Positions 51,203 to 62,961 of a DNA stretch of 64,000 nt are shown here, in pieces. The stretch lies in the NCBI RefSeq assembly GCF_024521635.1, contig NW_026250444.1, forward strand, positions 1 to 64,000, read 5' to 3'. The translations under genes and the position numbers were made by a program. Each line of letters starts with the position of its first letter. Position 1 is the first letter of the stretch. This DNA is from Tricharina praecox. Its lineage: Eukaryota. Below the pieces are notes generated by a model, which was not told where the DNA came from, ran no database searches, and saw nothing but the letters and a program-made list of their open reading frames with translations.

Positions 51203-51789
51203 GCAAGGACAACAGAAATAGTCGCAGCAAAACAAATAAACGTTTGATGCCCCGCATCAAGTCTCCCATCAGAAACAACTGGCATCATCCTCAAGACAGC
51301 TGGTCTCGTCAGGTCAGTACAAAGTCCCGCTTCTCCATCAGTGAGTCCCACTCAAGTCCGACCAAGTCCCACTCAGATCCGATAGGGTCCCGTTCCTTCG
51401 GCAATCGGTCTCACTTAGGCCTGGCCAAGTCCCGCTCGTTCGGTGCACATCGGATAACGCCAAGCTGCCTCTGTCCGCGACCCTCACCACGATACTCTAC
51501 ACACTTTGTACTGAGGGGCGGGAAGGAAGAGTTGGAGTCTTGGCGTCGTCGGTGAGCACCGATGAGAGGAGACCATGTTGTGACCTGGCCGGACCTATGT
51601 ATTATAGAGATGGGATCCGATGCAGACCCGATGCGGTCGTTGAACGTTGAATCTTTTCTGTTCTTCCTGTTCATCTTGCTTATCTTGTACATCATCATTA
51701 GACCTCTTTTCTACTGATCACGTTTTGTCTCACACCCGTTTTTGGGCCTCTCAGTACCAATTCCCCTCGGCATCAATCCAAAAGACCGC

Positions 51790-51915
51790 CGTCCATCCAG
51801 TCGATCCAGTGGCTAGCCACCGGGACTGGCTTGACAGCCGCCCTTCAAAGCAGCGGACTGGACTGGACCACGTCAGTCCGTCCCGTCCGGACTACCGCCC
51901 GGACCGAACCATGCC
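51790..51915. mobile_element. Diverged MITE-related fragment
   Basis: CAGTCCGTCCCGTCCGGACTA..GGACCG resembles the MITE subterminal region; no intact TIR or TSD. Confidence 0.45.
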
Positions 51916-52426
51916 GGGCGTTCACGGAGTCCAGATAATAGACGAGGAAAAGAGTGTCCCATTCATCCTACAACACCTCTCCTGGCCCCCGAGTTGCTAT
52001 TGCACCACATAGTCCATTACTTGGCGAATCAGGTGTGAGATTTCATGATATCCCACGCTCCGAACGGGATTAAAGTCAGGTGAGTTGAAAGTCTACTTCA
52101 TTATTCATCTCATTCAACCTCCATTCTTTCTTCCAGAGTTAGTGTACCGGCAGTAATACCCGCCTGCATTACTCCCCATCCACGAAAGCCGTATTTATAT
52201 GTACCTAGCTGGCCACTTCTTTTGGCAACCGTGCGGATTCACTACCTCGCAGCTTCAAGCTCTAGTTCTTGAAGGGACTTCCCTTCAAGAGTGCTTCTCA
52301 CTTCTTCATCCCTCTGAAGCTCCCGGTTCTCGATGTCTCTCTTTTGAGTGCAACGGCTATGCTTCTGGGATCAGTTCTTGCTGCAGCGGTGCTGATGGCG
52401 AGGGGCTATCAGTTATGGCTCTGAAT

Positions 52427-52790
52427 CACCAGTTCGTACGGCGTCAACTCGTGCATCATCAATAATGGAGAGAAGGAGGAGACTATATCTATGGCTCCCA
52501 GAAGACCACCAGCTCGTACGGCAACAAAAACGAAGAGAAGCAGGAGACTACAGCTATAGCTCCAAGAAGACCACCAGCTCGCACGGCAACAATAACGAAG
52601 AGAAGCAGGAGACTACAGCCATGGCTCCCAGAAGATCACCAGCTTGCACGGCACCAGCTCGTACGGCGACAATAACTAAGAGAAGGAGGAGACTACCTAC
52701 AGCCATGACTACAACCAGATCACCAGATCGTACGGCAACAATAACAAAGAGGAGGAGGAGGAGACTACAGTCCACAACAGCAATCACGAG
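52427..52790 (+). repeat. 65/69-bp minisatellite, about 5 units, derived from a coding repeat
   Basis: Units start at 52427, 52507, 52572, 52637/52652 and 52721. Confidence 0.85.
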
Positions 52791-53509
52791 GCCACTCGAC
52801 CCGCACCTGCCGCCGCGGGTGAGCATTCCGACTCCCGAGTACTAGGGGCCTGCAAGGCTGCAAAGCTGCAAGTGCTTCGACCTGGTCGTGTACTGTATAG
52901 GACACCCACCTATGTCGCTACATATGCGGCCGTTAATTGTACTCTGCTCCATATGATCGGTGCGAGGATGGTCGGCGTGCCGCGTGCACCGCAACAGCCG
53001 ATACTGTGGAATGGGAATGGGAATGGCGACCTGGAAATCGGTGCGGGATACCTAACCGCTGCGGCTGCACGAATCATCTCCCTCCCTCCCTCCCTATCCC
53101 TATCCTTTCCGCTGCCAGCTCGCTCGCCTGGTTCACTCCCATCACTGACTCTGCAGATTACTTCTACTATCGCCACCACCACCACAACCACCATCACCAC
53201 CACCACCACCGCCACCGTGAACACTCGATACCCCAACCCGACGCAATCCCATCCGCAGCACCACCAGGCTATTCGGAACTGGGCTGGGTTGCTCGGTCAA
53301 CGCTGTGTCACCGCACCGACCGCACCGCGCCGCATCGGTGGGCCGGAAAACCGGTCCGAAGGGGCATTGCAACTGTCAACAGTCCAAATACCGGCGATAG
53401 GACAAGTACACGGCACACGACGACGGTGAAGAAGAAGAAGAGGAAGAAGGAAGAAGGAAAGCAGGTGGGAGGAACCATGCCATCGACTTCCATCTTCCAT
53501 GTGTCGTCC

Positions 53510-53517
53510 GTCTGTCC

Positions 53518-53563
<46 letters not shown>
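53510..53563. repeat. (GTCT)n microsatellite
   Basis: Direct reading. Confidence 0.9.
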
Positions 53564-53564
<1 letters not shown>

Positions 53565-56500
53565 GGGACAGCCCTGGCCAGGAGGAGCACTTCGGAACAA
53601 ACAAGCGCCCCACCATCCAGCCATCCATCCACTCTTCTCCACTATACTTCACTATACTCTACTCTTCTCCACTCTACTGTTTCTGCGTGCATAGAGTACA
53701 TAAAGCTAGCAATACTCGCCGTGGCTACGGTAGATATAGAGTAAGGGCAGCCCATCACCCATCGCCCACCACCCATCACGTGAGCATTATACGGACCGGT
53801 GAACGATATTACATAGAGTACTCTACATACCACCCTTCCCCCCCTCCTTCCACCCTCCTTCCACCCTCCGCCCCATCCAAGCATCCATCCTTTTGCCCAT
53901 CCCATCCATCCATCCATCTGCCCAGTATCCCTCTTCCCCGAATAAGGCCCCGATGGTTGTGGGGGCGCACTCACGAGCATGTACTCTAGGTATATGTTGT
54001 GCGAACACGTCTGCTCTACCCAGTTACCCCGCTGTCGCTGTCGCCGTCGCCGCTGGGCGAGCAGTTAACTACCTCCCTACCTACCTAGCTGCAGGCGCGG
54101 CAGAGGCATGGAAAAAACGTTGGAGTCAACAAAACACGGCAACTACTCTACGATGCAAGCGTTTCCTTAACGTTTCCCTGACTGTGGGTGTGTGGTGGGT
54201 GGGTTATGGGTGGTGGATGGGTGGCGATTGAGGGGAGGGGGGAGGGGGGCGGAGGTGGGGATTTAGCCGCAGCCGCAAGATTTCGGCAGCAGTGATTCAG
54301 TGCACTGTCGCATTGTCGCATTTATGCTTGAATACCTACATATGTATGCTATACATATGCTGTGTATATGCTGCGCTTCCCCCTTTGCGAGATCCGACTG
54401 GTGGAGGTTCTTTCTGCGGGCTAGGGACGGGGTGGGCGTTATGGTGGTGGTGGTGGTGGTGGTGGTGGGCGTGGTGGTGCTGGTAGTGGTGATAGCGGGG
54501 GCGTCAGCGGCCGGCCGGGGCGGTTTATCCCGAGCTGAAACTCACGGGCGGAAAGAAGATGTGGCGTCTGAAGTGTGGGGTTGATGGGGATGGTGGAGCA
54601 TCTTGATTCCGCGACCACGGAATTCCCGAGATGGAGGCGGCGGCGTCGTCATCGTTGCTAGTCATGCAGCGCGGGCGGATACTTGGATGATACCATGCTC
54701 GGTACTGGTACTGGTACTGTTGCTGGTACTGGTACTATATAGATGGATGGATGGGCGCTCGTTCCTTGGTCTCGGGAGTCGGGGTGGAGAGTTCTGAGTG
54801 AATAAGTATGTGTGTATGTAGGTCGGCACCTATTCCGTGTTATCGTGGAGGGAACGTGGTTCTGTCGGTCGGTCGCGGGGGGGTGGTGAATCTTGCGAGG
54901 GGTGGTGAACCTTGGGGCGGGATGTTAGGTTTAGGCTGTTCCTGCAGTGGGCTAAGGAAGAAGGGAAGGCAAGGCAAGGGATGCTGTCTGTCTGTCGGTG
55001 TCTGGACTCTGGTCTCTGGCTGACGTGTGGGTGTGTACGAGTTGTATCATATCATACATACCCGGGATGCGGGCTGCGGTGGTTATTGCCCCGTACGGTA
55101 GCTACCTATTTCTGCTGGAGCGAGTGGGAGGTGGGAGCCTGGGAGGGAGGGGAGTCGACCGATGAAACTGCTGGTGGACCATGGTGGGGGATTATAGAGT
55201 AGGTTTGCGATGTCTGGAGAATCTGGGGTAGACAAGTATGCTTAAAGTGCATCGGGGATGGGAATGGGGGGATGAGAGCGCGCAAGGAGCGGCTAACGTT
55301 TGCGATGCTTATGTATGCTTTCGGGGGGCTGTGGGCGATTGTCTGTTCGCCGCGTCGTCTGCCTTCTCCACTTCCGATGTTCTGCGCATTCCGCACAGCC
55401 CGCGGCGGACGAGGGGTTTGTGATTTGTGGTGAGGCTCAGTGGCAAGGCTCAGTGTTGTGGTAACACGGCGAGACAGCCATCGGCCACTCTCGATAGCAG
55501 TCATAGCAGTCATAGAAGTCGTTTTATTTTATTCTTTTCTCCCGTTTGAGGGTGGCAGTGCCTCGATGAGGACACTCAATTGCCGCTTCGGGGCGAGTCA
55601 CGTGAACTCCGAACCCACGATATTTGCAATTCGAGCGCCAGCAAGATCAATGAGAGATCGTCGCTGCTATTGGCTCTGTCGTTTGGCGTCCCCGCGAGAT
55701 TGAATGGAGGGGACCCTTTCTCTGCCCGGGTTGAGGACGTGGAACGAAAGACTGACGGTCAAACGTAGGCAAAACTTGACTTATGCATACACACCTAACG
55801 CACCTACAGCCTCGCCCTACCGTACCCCATACTCCACATATAGGTATCCCACCGGCTATTACGCCGGAGGCGTACTAAATGCTCCCCTACTGGGTACCGC
55901 CATTCACCTCCACCACTTCCTCCACCACCGCCATTCAACACCACCACTTCCAACACCACCACTTCCAACACCACCACCACCACCACCACCACCACCACCA
56001 CCGCTACAAGCACTACAACCACCACTACAACCACCACCAGAACATTCCATCCTCCACCTCCCCATACTCACCACATCACCTTCCTGTAAGTGTGACGCCC
56101 GCCCCCACCTTCCTTTCCCTCCATTCGGCCTGAGCAAACAACCAAGCAAAGCCACCCGGGTCATTTCGCTTTCGCTTTTCTTGCACTCCTTCCTGTCCTC
56201 CTGTCTGCCTGTCCTGCTGTCATCATATCCTCACGTCCTCCTGTCCCCTCGTCCTACATATCCCGCATCGTCTTGTCTTGTCTTGTCTTGACCCCAGACA
56301 CTGTTCCAACTGCCAGAGACTCAACCCTTCGATAGTATCTCCCACCCCCCAGGCCGGACTGCGTTTGCGCTTACCATTCAGCCCAACCCTTCCAACCCTT
56401 CCAACCCCTTCAACCCAACCCATCCCAACCCCCCTCTCTCCCCGCCCAGCCTGCCCAGCTGTCACCGTCGTCGTTCATCTTGTCGTGTCGCGAGCCGTTG

Positions 56501-56672
56501 TACATCCCATTACCGAGATATTCCCCCCCTCCCCCACCCACCGAAAGACGGAACCTACCGACGACGACGCGCGAAACGGAGCGACACGGAGAAAAGAGCA
56601 AGACGGACAAGTGTTGATCGCTCGCCGCCGCCGCCACCATCACACGCTGCACGCTGAAGCGGTCCAAGCACG

Positions 56673-59568
56673 ATGTTCAACACGATAAAGTCTCTACCAT
56701 GGGCTGGAAATCGTTCGGTCAGTGCCCCCCAGCTTTTACTTCTCTCCTCGAGACACGCACCCGGGGACTCGAGAGCCTCTCCGCACTCCAACCGGCTGCG
56801 CGCATTTGGGGCTGCTTACCCCCCTCCCCCACATCGCTCCCTTTCCGCCCCTGGCGGAGCGCGTCTTCCGATCTGGCACGTCGGAATGGATGGGCGGCGG
56901 CGGCAACGCAATGGGCAGGGGAGGGGCGGGGGGGACAGGCGCGCTCGGTGATCGGACTCGATGGGATGGCGCTGAACGCTGACATTGGTGGCTTTGCAGG
57001 GTGCACTTCAGAATCCTGCTGCGTCGCCGACGAAACAGAAGGTCGACTCGCAACCGCCGGGACTACACACGTTGACGGGCGATGGCCCACCTCGATTGGA
57101 CGGAAGCGACCGATTCTTTGGCATGGAGAACATCGTCGGCGTACGCAATGAGCCTCCGGTACGTAACGAATCGGATCTGAAGCGGATTTGCTAACAGGTT
57201 GCACAGTTTGGCAATACATGGTACGGCCTGCCTGCTTGACGCTTCGTCCTGGTTAGGGATTGCTGGAGATTGTTGGAGAGGGCTGCCTCCATGCCGCCTC
57301 TACTCTCCCCTCCTCTGACCTCCCCTCCTTACGCGCACGTTTTTTCCTGGTCGCTGACACGTTTTCTTGTTGGTTGGCTGCAGTTATTGCAATTCGATCC
57401 TCCAGTGCCTCTACTACTCCAAGCCGTTCCGAGAACACGTCGTCAACTTTCCCGCACGAGGCCAGCAGCCATACCAATCCAGTGGGCCTGTCGACCCGCT
57501 GGCGAACGGCGTCGGTCGGCCTCTTGTCCGGATCAACACTGAACCATTGCCGACGACCTCGGCAAGTGCGCTGGCTGCAGCCGCGAAAGCAAAGACGCCG
57601 ATAGTGAACCCCAACGGAAAAGACGACGGAAAGAAAAAGATACTTCCGGCGACTGCGATGGTTCAGATGCCGGCCAATCCCGTCGAGAACAAGGATTCTC
57701 CGGATTACAAGAAGAAGAAGGCGCTTGAAGCCGGGCCGGTATTGGATCTGGATCAGGGAAATCACGCGGCTTACGGCATGGAGGAGTCGCTGTTCACGGC
57801 ACTCAAGGATATATTCGAGAGTGTTATGGCACACAGCTCCAAGACAGGGATCGTGAAACCGAACAAATTCCTGGAGATTCTGAGGCGCGAGAATGACATG
57901 TTCAACGGACAGCAGCATCAGGACGCCCACGAGTTTCTCAATTACGTCTTGAATCAGGTCATCGAGAACGTTGAGGCTCACCAGAAGAAGATGCTGCGCG
58001 AGAACGGAGGCGCGCCGAAGCTGTCCGGTTCGGCGACACCCGTCGAGACTTCATCGGTTGCCTCGACGAGCACCGCCATGACGTCCGCGACGGCTGCAGG
58101 ATGGATTCACGATCTGTTCGAGGGGCTCCTCTCCTCCGAGACAAAATGTCTCACCTGCGAAAACGTTTCTAGGCGCAACGAGCAGTTTATGGATCTCTCA
58201 ATCGATCTGGAGAAGAACTCCTCCGTCACATCCTGTCTCCGCAACTTCTCGGCGTCCGAGATGCTATGCGAGAGGAACAAGTTCCATTGCGACCACTGCG
58301 GAGGGCTGCAGGAAGCCGAGAAGCGGATGAAGATTAAGCGGCTGCCACGGGTGCTCGCCCTGCACCTTAAACGCTTCAAGTACATGGAATCGTCGAATCG
58401 ATTCGAGAAGCTGCATTACAGGGTACTGTACCCGTACCACCTGCGTCTATTCAACACCACCGACGACGCCGAGGATCAGGACCGGCTGTACGAGTTGTAT
58501 GCGGTTGTCGTGCACATTGGCGGAGGCCCTTACCACGGACATTACGTTGCCATCGTCAAGACCGAGGACAAGGGATGGCTGCTGTTTGACGACGAGTTGG
58601 TCGAGCCGGTCGACAAGTCGTACGTGCGCAACTTCTTTGGGGAACGGACCGGGACGGGTGTTGCCAGTGCGTACGTTCTGTTTTACCAGGAAACTACGCT
58701 GGAAGCCGTGCAACGGGAGATGTGGGCGGAGGAGCAGCAGGCGTCGGCGGCATCCAATCCTGCTGCAGCGGGTAAGACGGATACGCCAGCTCCAGTCCCG
58801 GCTGCGGCTGCGGCTACATCTGTGCCCAACGGTGTCAACGGACATTCGTTGAAGCCTCTGGACCTGTCGAGAGAGGACATGGTCTCGATCCAGCCCGCCG
58901 TCACGTCGCCGCTACCCAGGTCGGAATTCGCACACGACGACCATAGGCCGCCAGGTAATGCTGCGGCAGAGCACCCAGCTACACACATCAAGTCGAAGAA
59001 AGAGCGGGAGCGGGAAAAGAAGGAGGAGAAGGAGCGTGAGAAGGCTGAGAAGAAGGGTGGGAGGCCGGTGGACGAGAAGGAGCATGGCATGGAAGGCAGG
59101 ACAAGCATGAGTCGATTCCGAAACGGGTCGAGAAGCTTCAGACAACCGCCCAAGTGGCTCGGAGTTGGGCACAAGAAAGACAAGGAGGACACGCCATCCG
59201 TGCCGCTGCTATCGCCAACTAGACAAGCCACCTTCCCTCTGTCGTCGGTCGAGCGGCCCATATCATCACCACCACCGCCAGCACAGCTACCACCACCGCA
59301 ACAGCCATCATCACCACCGCCAGTGCAACCTCCGAATCCTAGATTCGCTCCTGCGATGACGAACGGTGTCGATCTGCACGACCCGCCAGCCCCCGAACCG
59401 GTGGTCCATCACAAGGAGAACTTGCCTCTGGTGGTATCGAAGAAGGACAAGAAGAAGGACAAAGGAGACAGCGACAAGAGCGGCAAGAAACTGCACCACC
59501 ACCGGCCGAGCCTATGGGGTCTGCGGAAGAAGGCGAAGGCGCAGACGGCGCTGGGAGTAGGGGAATAA
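56673..59568 (+). CDS. creB: Ubiquitin-specific protease CreB (USP12/46, Ubp9/13 type), 4 exons
   Basis: Exons 56673-56717, 57000-about 57140, 57207-57220 and 57384-59568; G[11 protein letters not shown]ys box, HQDAHEF and GPYHGHY His box. Confidence 0.93.
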
Positions 59569-60326
59569 GGGGGAATTGTGCGGTACTACTTGTAGAATAA
59601 CCTTTAATTTTGCTTTCTGGGTTTTTCTTGTATGGATATCAGCTCACCACCGTTTGTGGGTTTCGCTTTTTCATTTTCATTTTCATTTTAACCCTTTTAC
59701 CTCCTTCTTTATCGAGCAAGCGGTTCTGGTCTATGTTTGTTTGTTTTTTCCAGGCACAAAATTCGCCCGATGTGTTTTTTTTTTCTTCTCGTTCTTTCGT
59801 TGTTCTCCTTCTCCTTCTCGAGATGTTTTATTGCACTTGATCCCTCACGGACGTCGCCCCCGCCCTATACTTTGCTTTGCTTTGCTTTTGTTCTACTTTT
59901 TTTTTCTCCCTTCGTGATACAGTACTCTATCTTTGCATGACGGCGTTTTGCGAGTCGCTCGGGGGGACACTGGGGGAGGGGAACCTGGAACCTGGAACCA
60001 GCTTGATGTAACCAATTTTTCATTCTTGCGTTTGCATTTCGAAACCTTTTGATTTTCCGCGATGGAAGTAAGACGACCGATGGCCGATGGCGCGTGGGGA
60101 CGCCGAGTACCATAATAGTTACATCGAGATGCCGAAGCGTTGCTGGGGTTGGTTCGAGTCGAGGGATTCACCGTGATATACTCGTCCGTGACGTGCCAAG
60201 CTGCAGGGATAGCGAAGTCACGCCTGCACCTGTGTGTGTACATATTTGTTTTGTTTTGGATCGCGCTCTGCCCCCGCCCGCATGCTCCCGCAGACCCACG
60301 ACGTCTCACCTCCCGCCACGCGAACC

Positions 60327-61361
60327 ATGGCCATCTCGCTCCTCTCGCCGCCCGCCAGCAGCAGCAACAGCTGCGACACGCCCCTGCGCCCCACCAAGCG
60401 CCGCCGTATCACGCCGACCTACACCCACACCCACACGCCCCCGCCCGCCCCCTGGCCAACAAGCCAATGCGTCCTCACCCCCGCGGAGCTCGCCCGCCTC
60501 CTCGCGCCCCTGGGCATTCCCGCCGCCACGTACACCCCCCTCCTAACCCCGGCGCACCGCCAAATCCCCAAGGGCCTGCAACCACTCGAGTGGCTGCTGC
60601 CCTACCTGACCCCTCACCTCCCATCCGACCTCCCACCTGACCTCCTCGACCTCCTCCCCACCCACCCCCTCCGCCCCGCCAGCATCCCCCCATCCATCAC
60701 CACGACCCCGAAACTCCACCCGCTCAGCTCGCTCCACCTCCCCATTCCCGTCTCCAAGGCAGTCTTCACCCTGCGCCTCCGCCGGCACGCCACGCCCGCC
60801 GCAACGGCCGCCGCGATTAAAGCGCTCCTACCGCCAAACACCGAGTTCCTGTACAAAGGAGGCGACCTCCGGGAGCGCGGGTTTTTTGCGCCTGTGTTAC
60901 CGCGCGGCGCGACGGCGGAGCTCGGCGCCGGGTTGTATACTACTGCCGAGTTGGGGTGGGCTGTTCATCGTGCTGGCGTGGGGAGGGGCAGGGCAGAGGG
61001 GGTGGGGGAAGGGGGGGTGGGGGGAGAGGGGGTCGGGGTCGTGTATGTTTTTGCTATGCCCGTGCTGGACGGGTTGCGGGTGGTTAGGGTGCAGGGGGGG
61101 GAGTGGGCGGAGCTTGTCGCTGCGAATGCGGATGGGGGGCGGGCGGGGGTGGGGGGGAAGGGGAGGGTGGGCAGGGTGGCGGGCAGGGTGGCGAGGGCGG
61201 ATGTACTGGTTGGCAGGGTTAGTGCGGATTGTTGGGCCGCCAGGGAGGAGGGGAGGAAGGCGGTTGAGGACGCGGAGATCGGGCACGTGCTCTGGAAGAG
61301 TGGTGAGGCGTGTAGGCGGCTTGCGGAGGGGGTCGGGATGGTGGTATTTTTAGACAATTAA
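60327..61361 (+). CDS. Hypothetical protein with a DUF3990-like (ADP-ribosyltransferase-like) C-terminal domain
   Basis: LYKG..ELGAGLYTT..A..VVYVF..EWAELV..N..DVLVGRVS..VLWKS motif order; start codon uncertain (60282 is also in frame). Confidence 0.6.
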   Translation: MAISLLSPPASSSNSCDTPLRPTKRRRITPTYTHTHTPPPAPWPTSQCVLTPAELARLLAPLGIPAATYTPLLTPAHRQIPKGLQPLEWLLPYLTPHLPSDLPPDLLDLLPTHPLRPASIPPSITTTPKLHPLSSLHLPIPVSKAVFTLRLRRHATPAATAAAIKALLPPNTEFLYKGGDLRERGFFAPVLPRGATAELGAGLYTTAELGWAVHRAGVGRGRAEGVGEGGVGGEGVGVVYVFAMPVLDGLRVVRVQGGEWAELVAANADGGRAGVGGKGRVGRVAGRVARADVLVGRVSADCWAAREEGRKAVEDAEIGHVLWKSGEACRRLAEGVGMVVFLDN

Positions 61362-61402
61362 GCGGTGGGCGGTTGCGATTGGCGCTGCCGGGTGGGAGTG
61401 TC

Positions 61403-61500
61403 TGGAGTGTGGAGTGTGGAGTGTGGAGTGTGGAGTGTGAAGTGTGGAGTGTGGAGTGTGGAGTGTGGAGTGTGGAGTGTGGAGTGTGGAGTGTGGAGTG
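61403..61500. repeat. (TGGAGTG)14 heptamer repeat
   Basis: Direct reading; one variant unit. Confidence 0.92.
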
Positions 61501-62454
61501 TTGCGTGTGCGGGGATACCCTTTGCTTTGGATTTTGCTTTTGCGTTTTGTTTGATTGTACCTAAGGCTTTTGTGTAGGTAGTAGTCGGGTTCGGGAGTTG
61601 GAGGGAATGTTGACTTTGGTTTTAGTTTTGCGCGGATGGACGGCGGGGTGGTGGTGGTTGCGGCGGTGGTGTCGGAACTACATAACGTATTCACAGAATG
61701 GCTTGGAATCGACGTGGAGTCGACGGGATACAATCGCACGAGAATGCATGGAGCTGATACTTCTTGAAGTTTCCAAGCTCCAACGTAGTTATGTACCATG
61801 GGTTCGAAAACTGCGGGATGGTGCGGCAGACAGATGAACGGAATGGAGAACTGAGAAGGTTATCTCTGTTTTCTGCGAGCCCAATTATAGTAGGAATATA
61901 CACGAGGGATTGTATACACACTCGGATCCTATGGATTTTTTGGAATTCACGGCCGTGAGTCTGATGGCTATGCGGGGCGGGGCGATCATGAGTACTCTAG
62001 TTAAGGACGCGGATGCGCTAATCTTGGAGCCTCGGAGGGAAGCTTCGGCCCTGTGGGGCTAACTACGGTAGCTTACCTGCGCGGGAGTGCCGACCTTATA
62101 TATATAGGCTTCAAAAGCTGTTCAATTCAATTCAATTCAATTCGTCAGTAAAGTCAAGTGAAGTGAATTCGGACTCGAGCTCTCTTGGGTCAATTGTCCA
62201 AAATCAAATATTGCAGAACCTAGGTACCTTATCGAGTGAGTGAGTGCTTGCACGGTGATGCTGTGGCCTGTGGGGGCTGCGAAATTCTTCGAAATTCTTC
62301 GAAATTCTTCGATGCCGCATCTGATGTTACACAGAGGAGCCCCGCCATCGCACTCCATCTCCACAATATCACGGCGGAACGACAATCACACACACGATGC
62401 GACAGACAGACAGCTGGTATAGTATTCGCTTCCATCTCATCCGTCGCCCCTCTC

Positions 62455-62961
62455 CTACTCAGGCCTCCTCTTCAAAAACTCCTCCAAATCGCCCCTCGTC
62501 GCAACGCCGAGGACAAACCTCCTGGCGGGGTCAGTGACAACCGCAAACTGCTCACCGCCCTGCTCAAAGAACCCCTGCAGCTCCTCGAGCGGGGTCGCGG
62601 GCGTAATGACGGAGTAGGGCTTCGCGCGCCGCCGCCGGTCGAACCAGTGCATCACCGCGCTGACCGGGCGGTTCGGCGACGAAAAGAATTTTGGCACGGT
62701 CAGCGTACGAGAGTCCACGTACCCGAGCAGCGCCCGCGTCCGCTCGTTCACTACCGTCAGCTGGCTGTAGTCCCGCTCGTACGCGAGCGCGTGCGCCGCT
62801 TCGATCGTCGTCTCGGGTGTGATCGAGAGCGCCGGCGCGAGGTCGAGGTCTTCGACTGTCGCCTGGGGGGTGTTAGCGGGAAGGGAGGGGGGAGGGGAAG
62901 GGGGGAGTACGCCGCGGAACTTGGAGGATGGGGCGGTGGCGGTTTCTGAGGTGGTCGACAT
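62455..62961 (-). CDS. Small CBS-pair domain protein
   Basis: ATVEDLD..AYERDYSQLTVV..LLGYV and FAVVTD..RRFVLGVATRGDLEEF motifs; probable 48-nt intron 62863-62910. Confidence 0.85.
   Translation of the reverse strand: MSTTSETATAPSSKFRGVLPPSPPPSLPANTPQATVEDLDLAPALSITPETTIEAAHALAYERDYSQLTVVNERTRALLGYVDSRTLTVPKFFSSPNRPVSAVMHWFDRRRRAKPYSVITPATPLEELQGFFEQGGEQFAVVTDPARRFVLGVATRGDLEEFLKRRPE

Noticed and set aside
50650..51435. Repeated AGGCCTGGC and AAGTCCC motifs as a second MITE family
   Set aside because: No matching inverted terminus or TSD found
52427..52790. CRISPR-like repeat-spacer array
   Set aside because: Eukaryotic context, no unique spacers and no cas genes; it is a tandem minisatellite
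52872..56600. Long low-complexity ORFs upstream of creB
   Set aside because: Built from CAC, GTCT and CATC microsatellites, with no domain evidence
61403..61500. Interstitial telomere
   Set aside because: The unit TGGAGTG is not TTAGGG, and the tract sits just downstream of a gene among many other microsatellites
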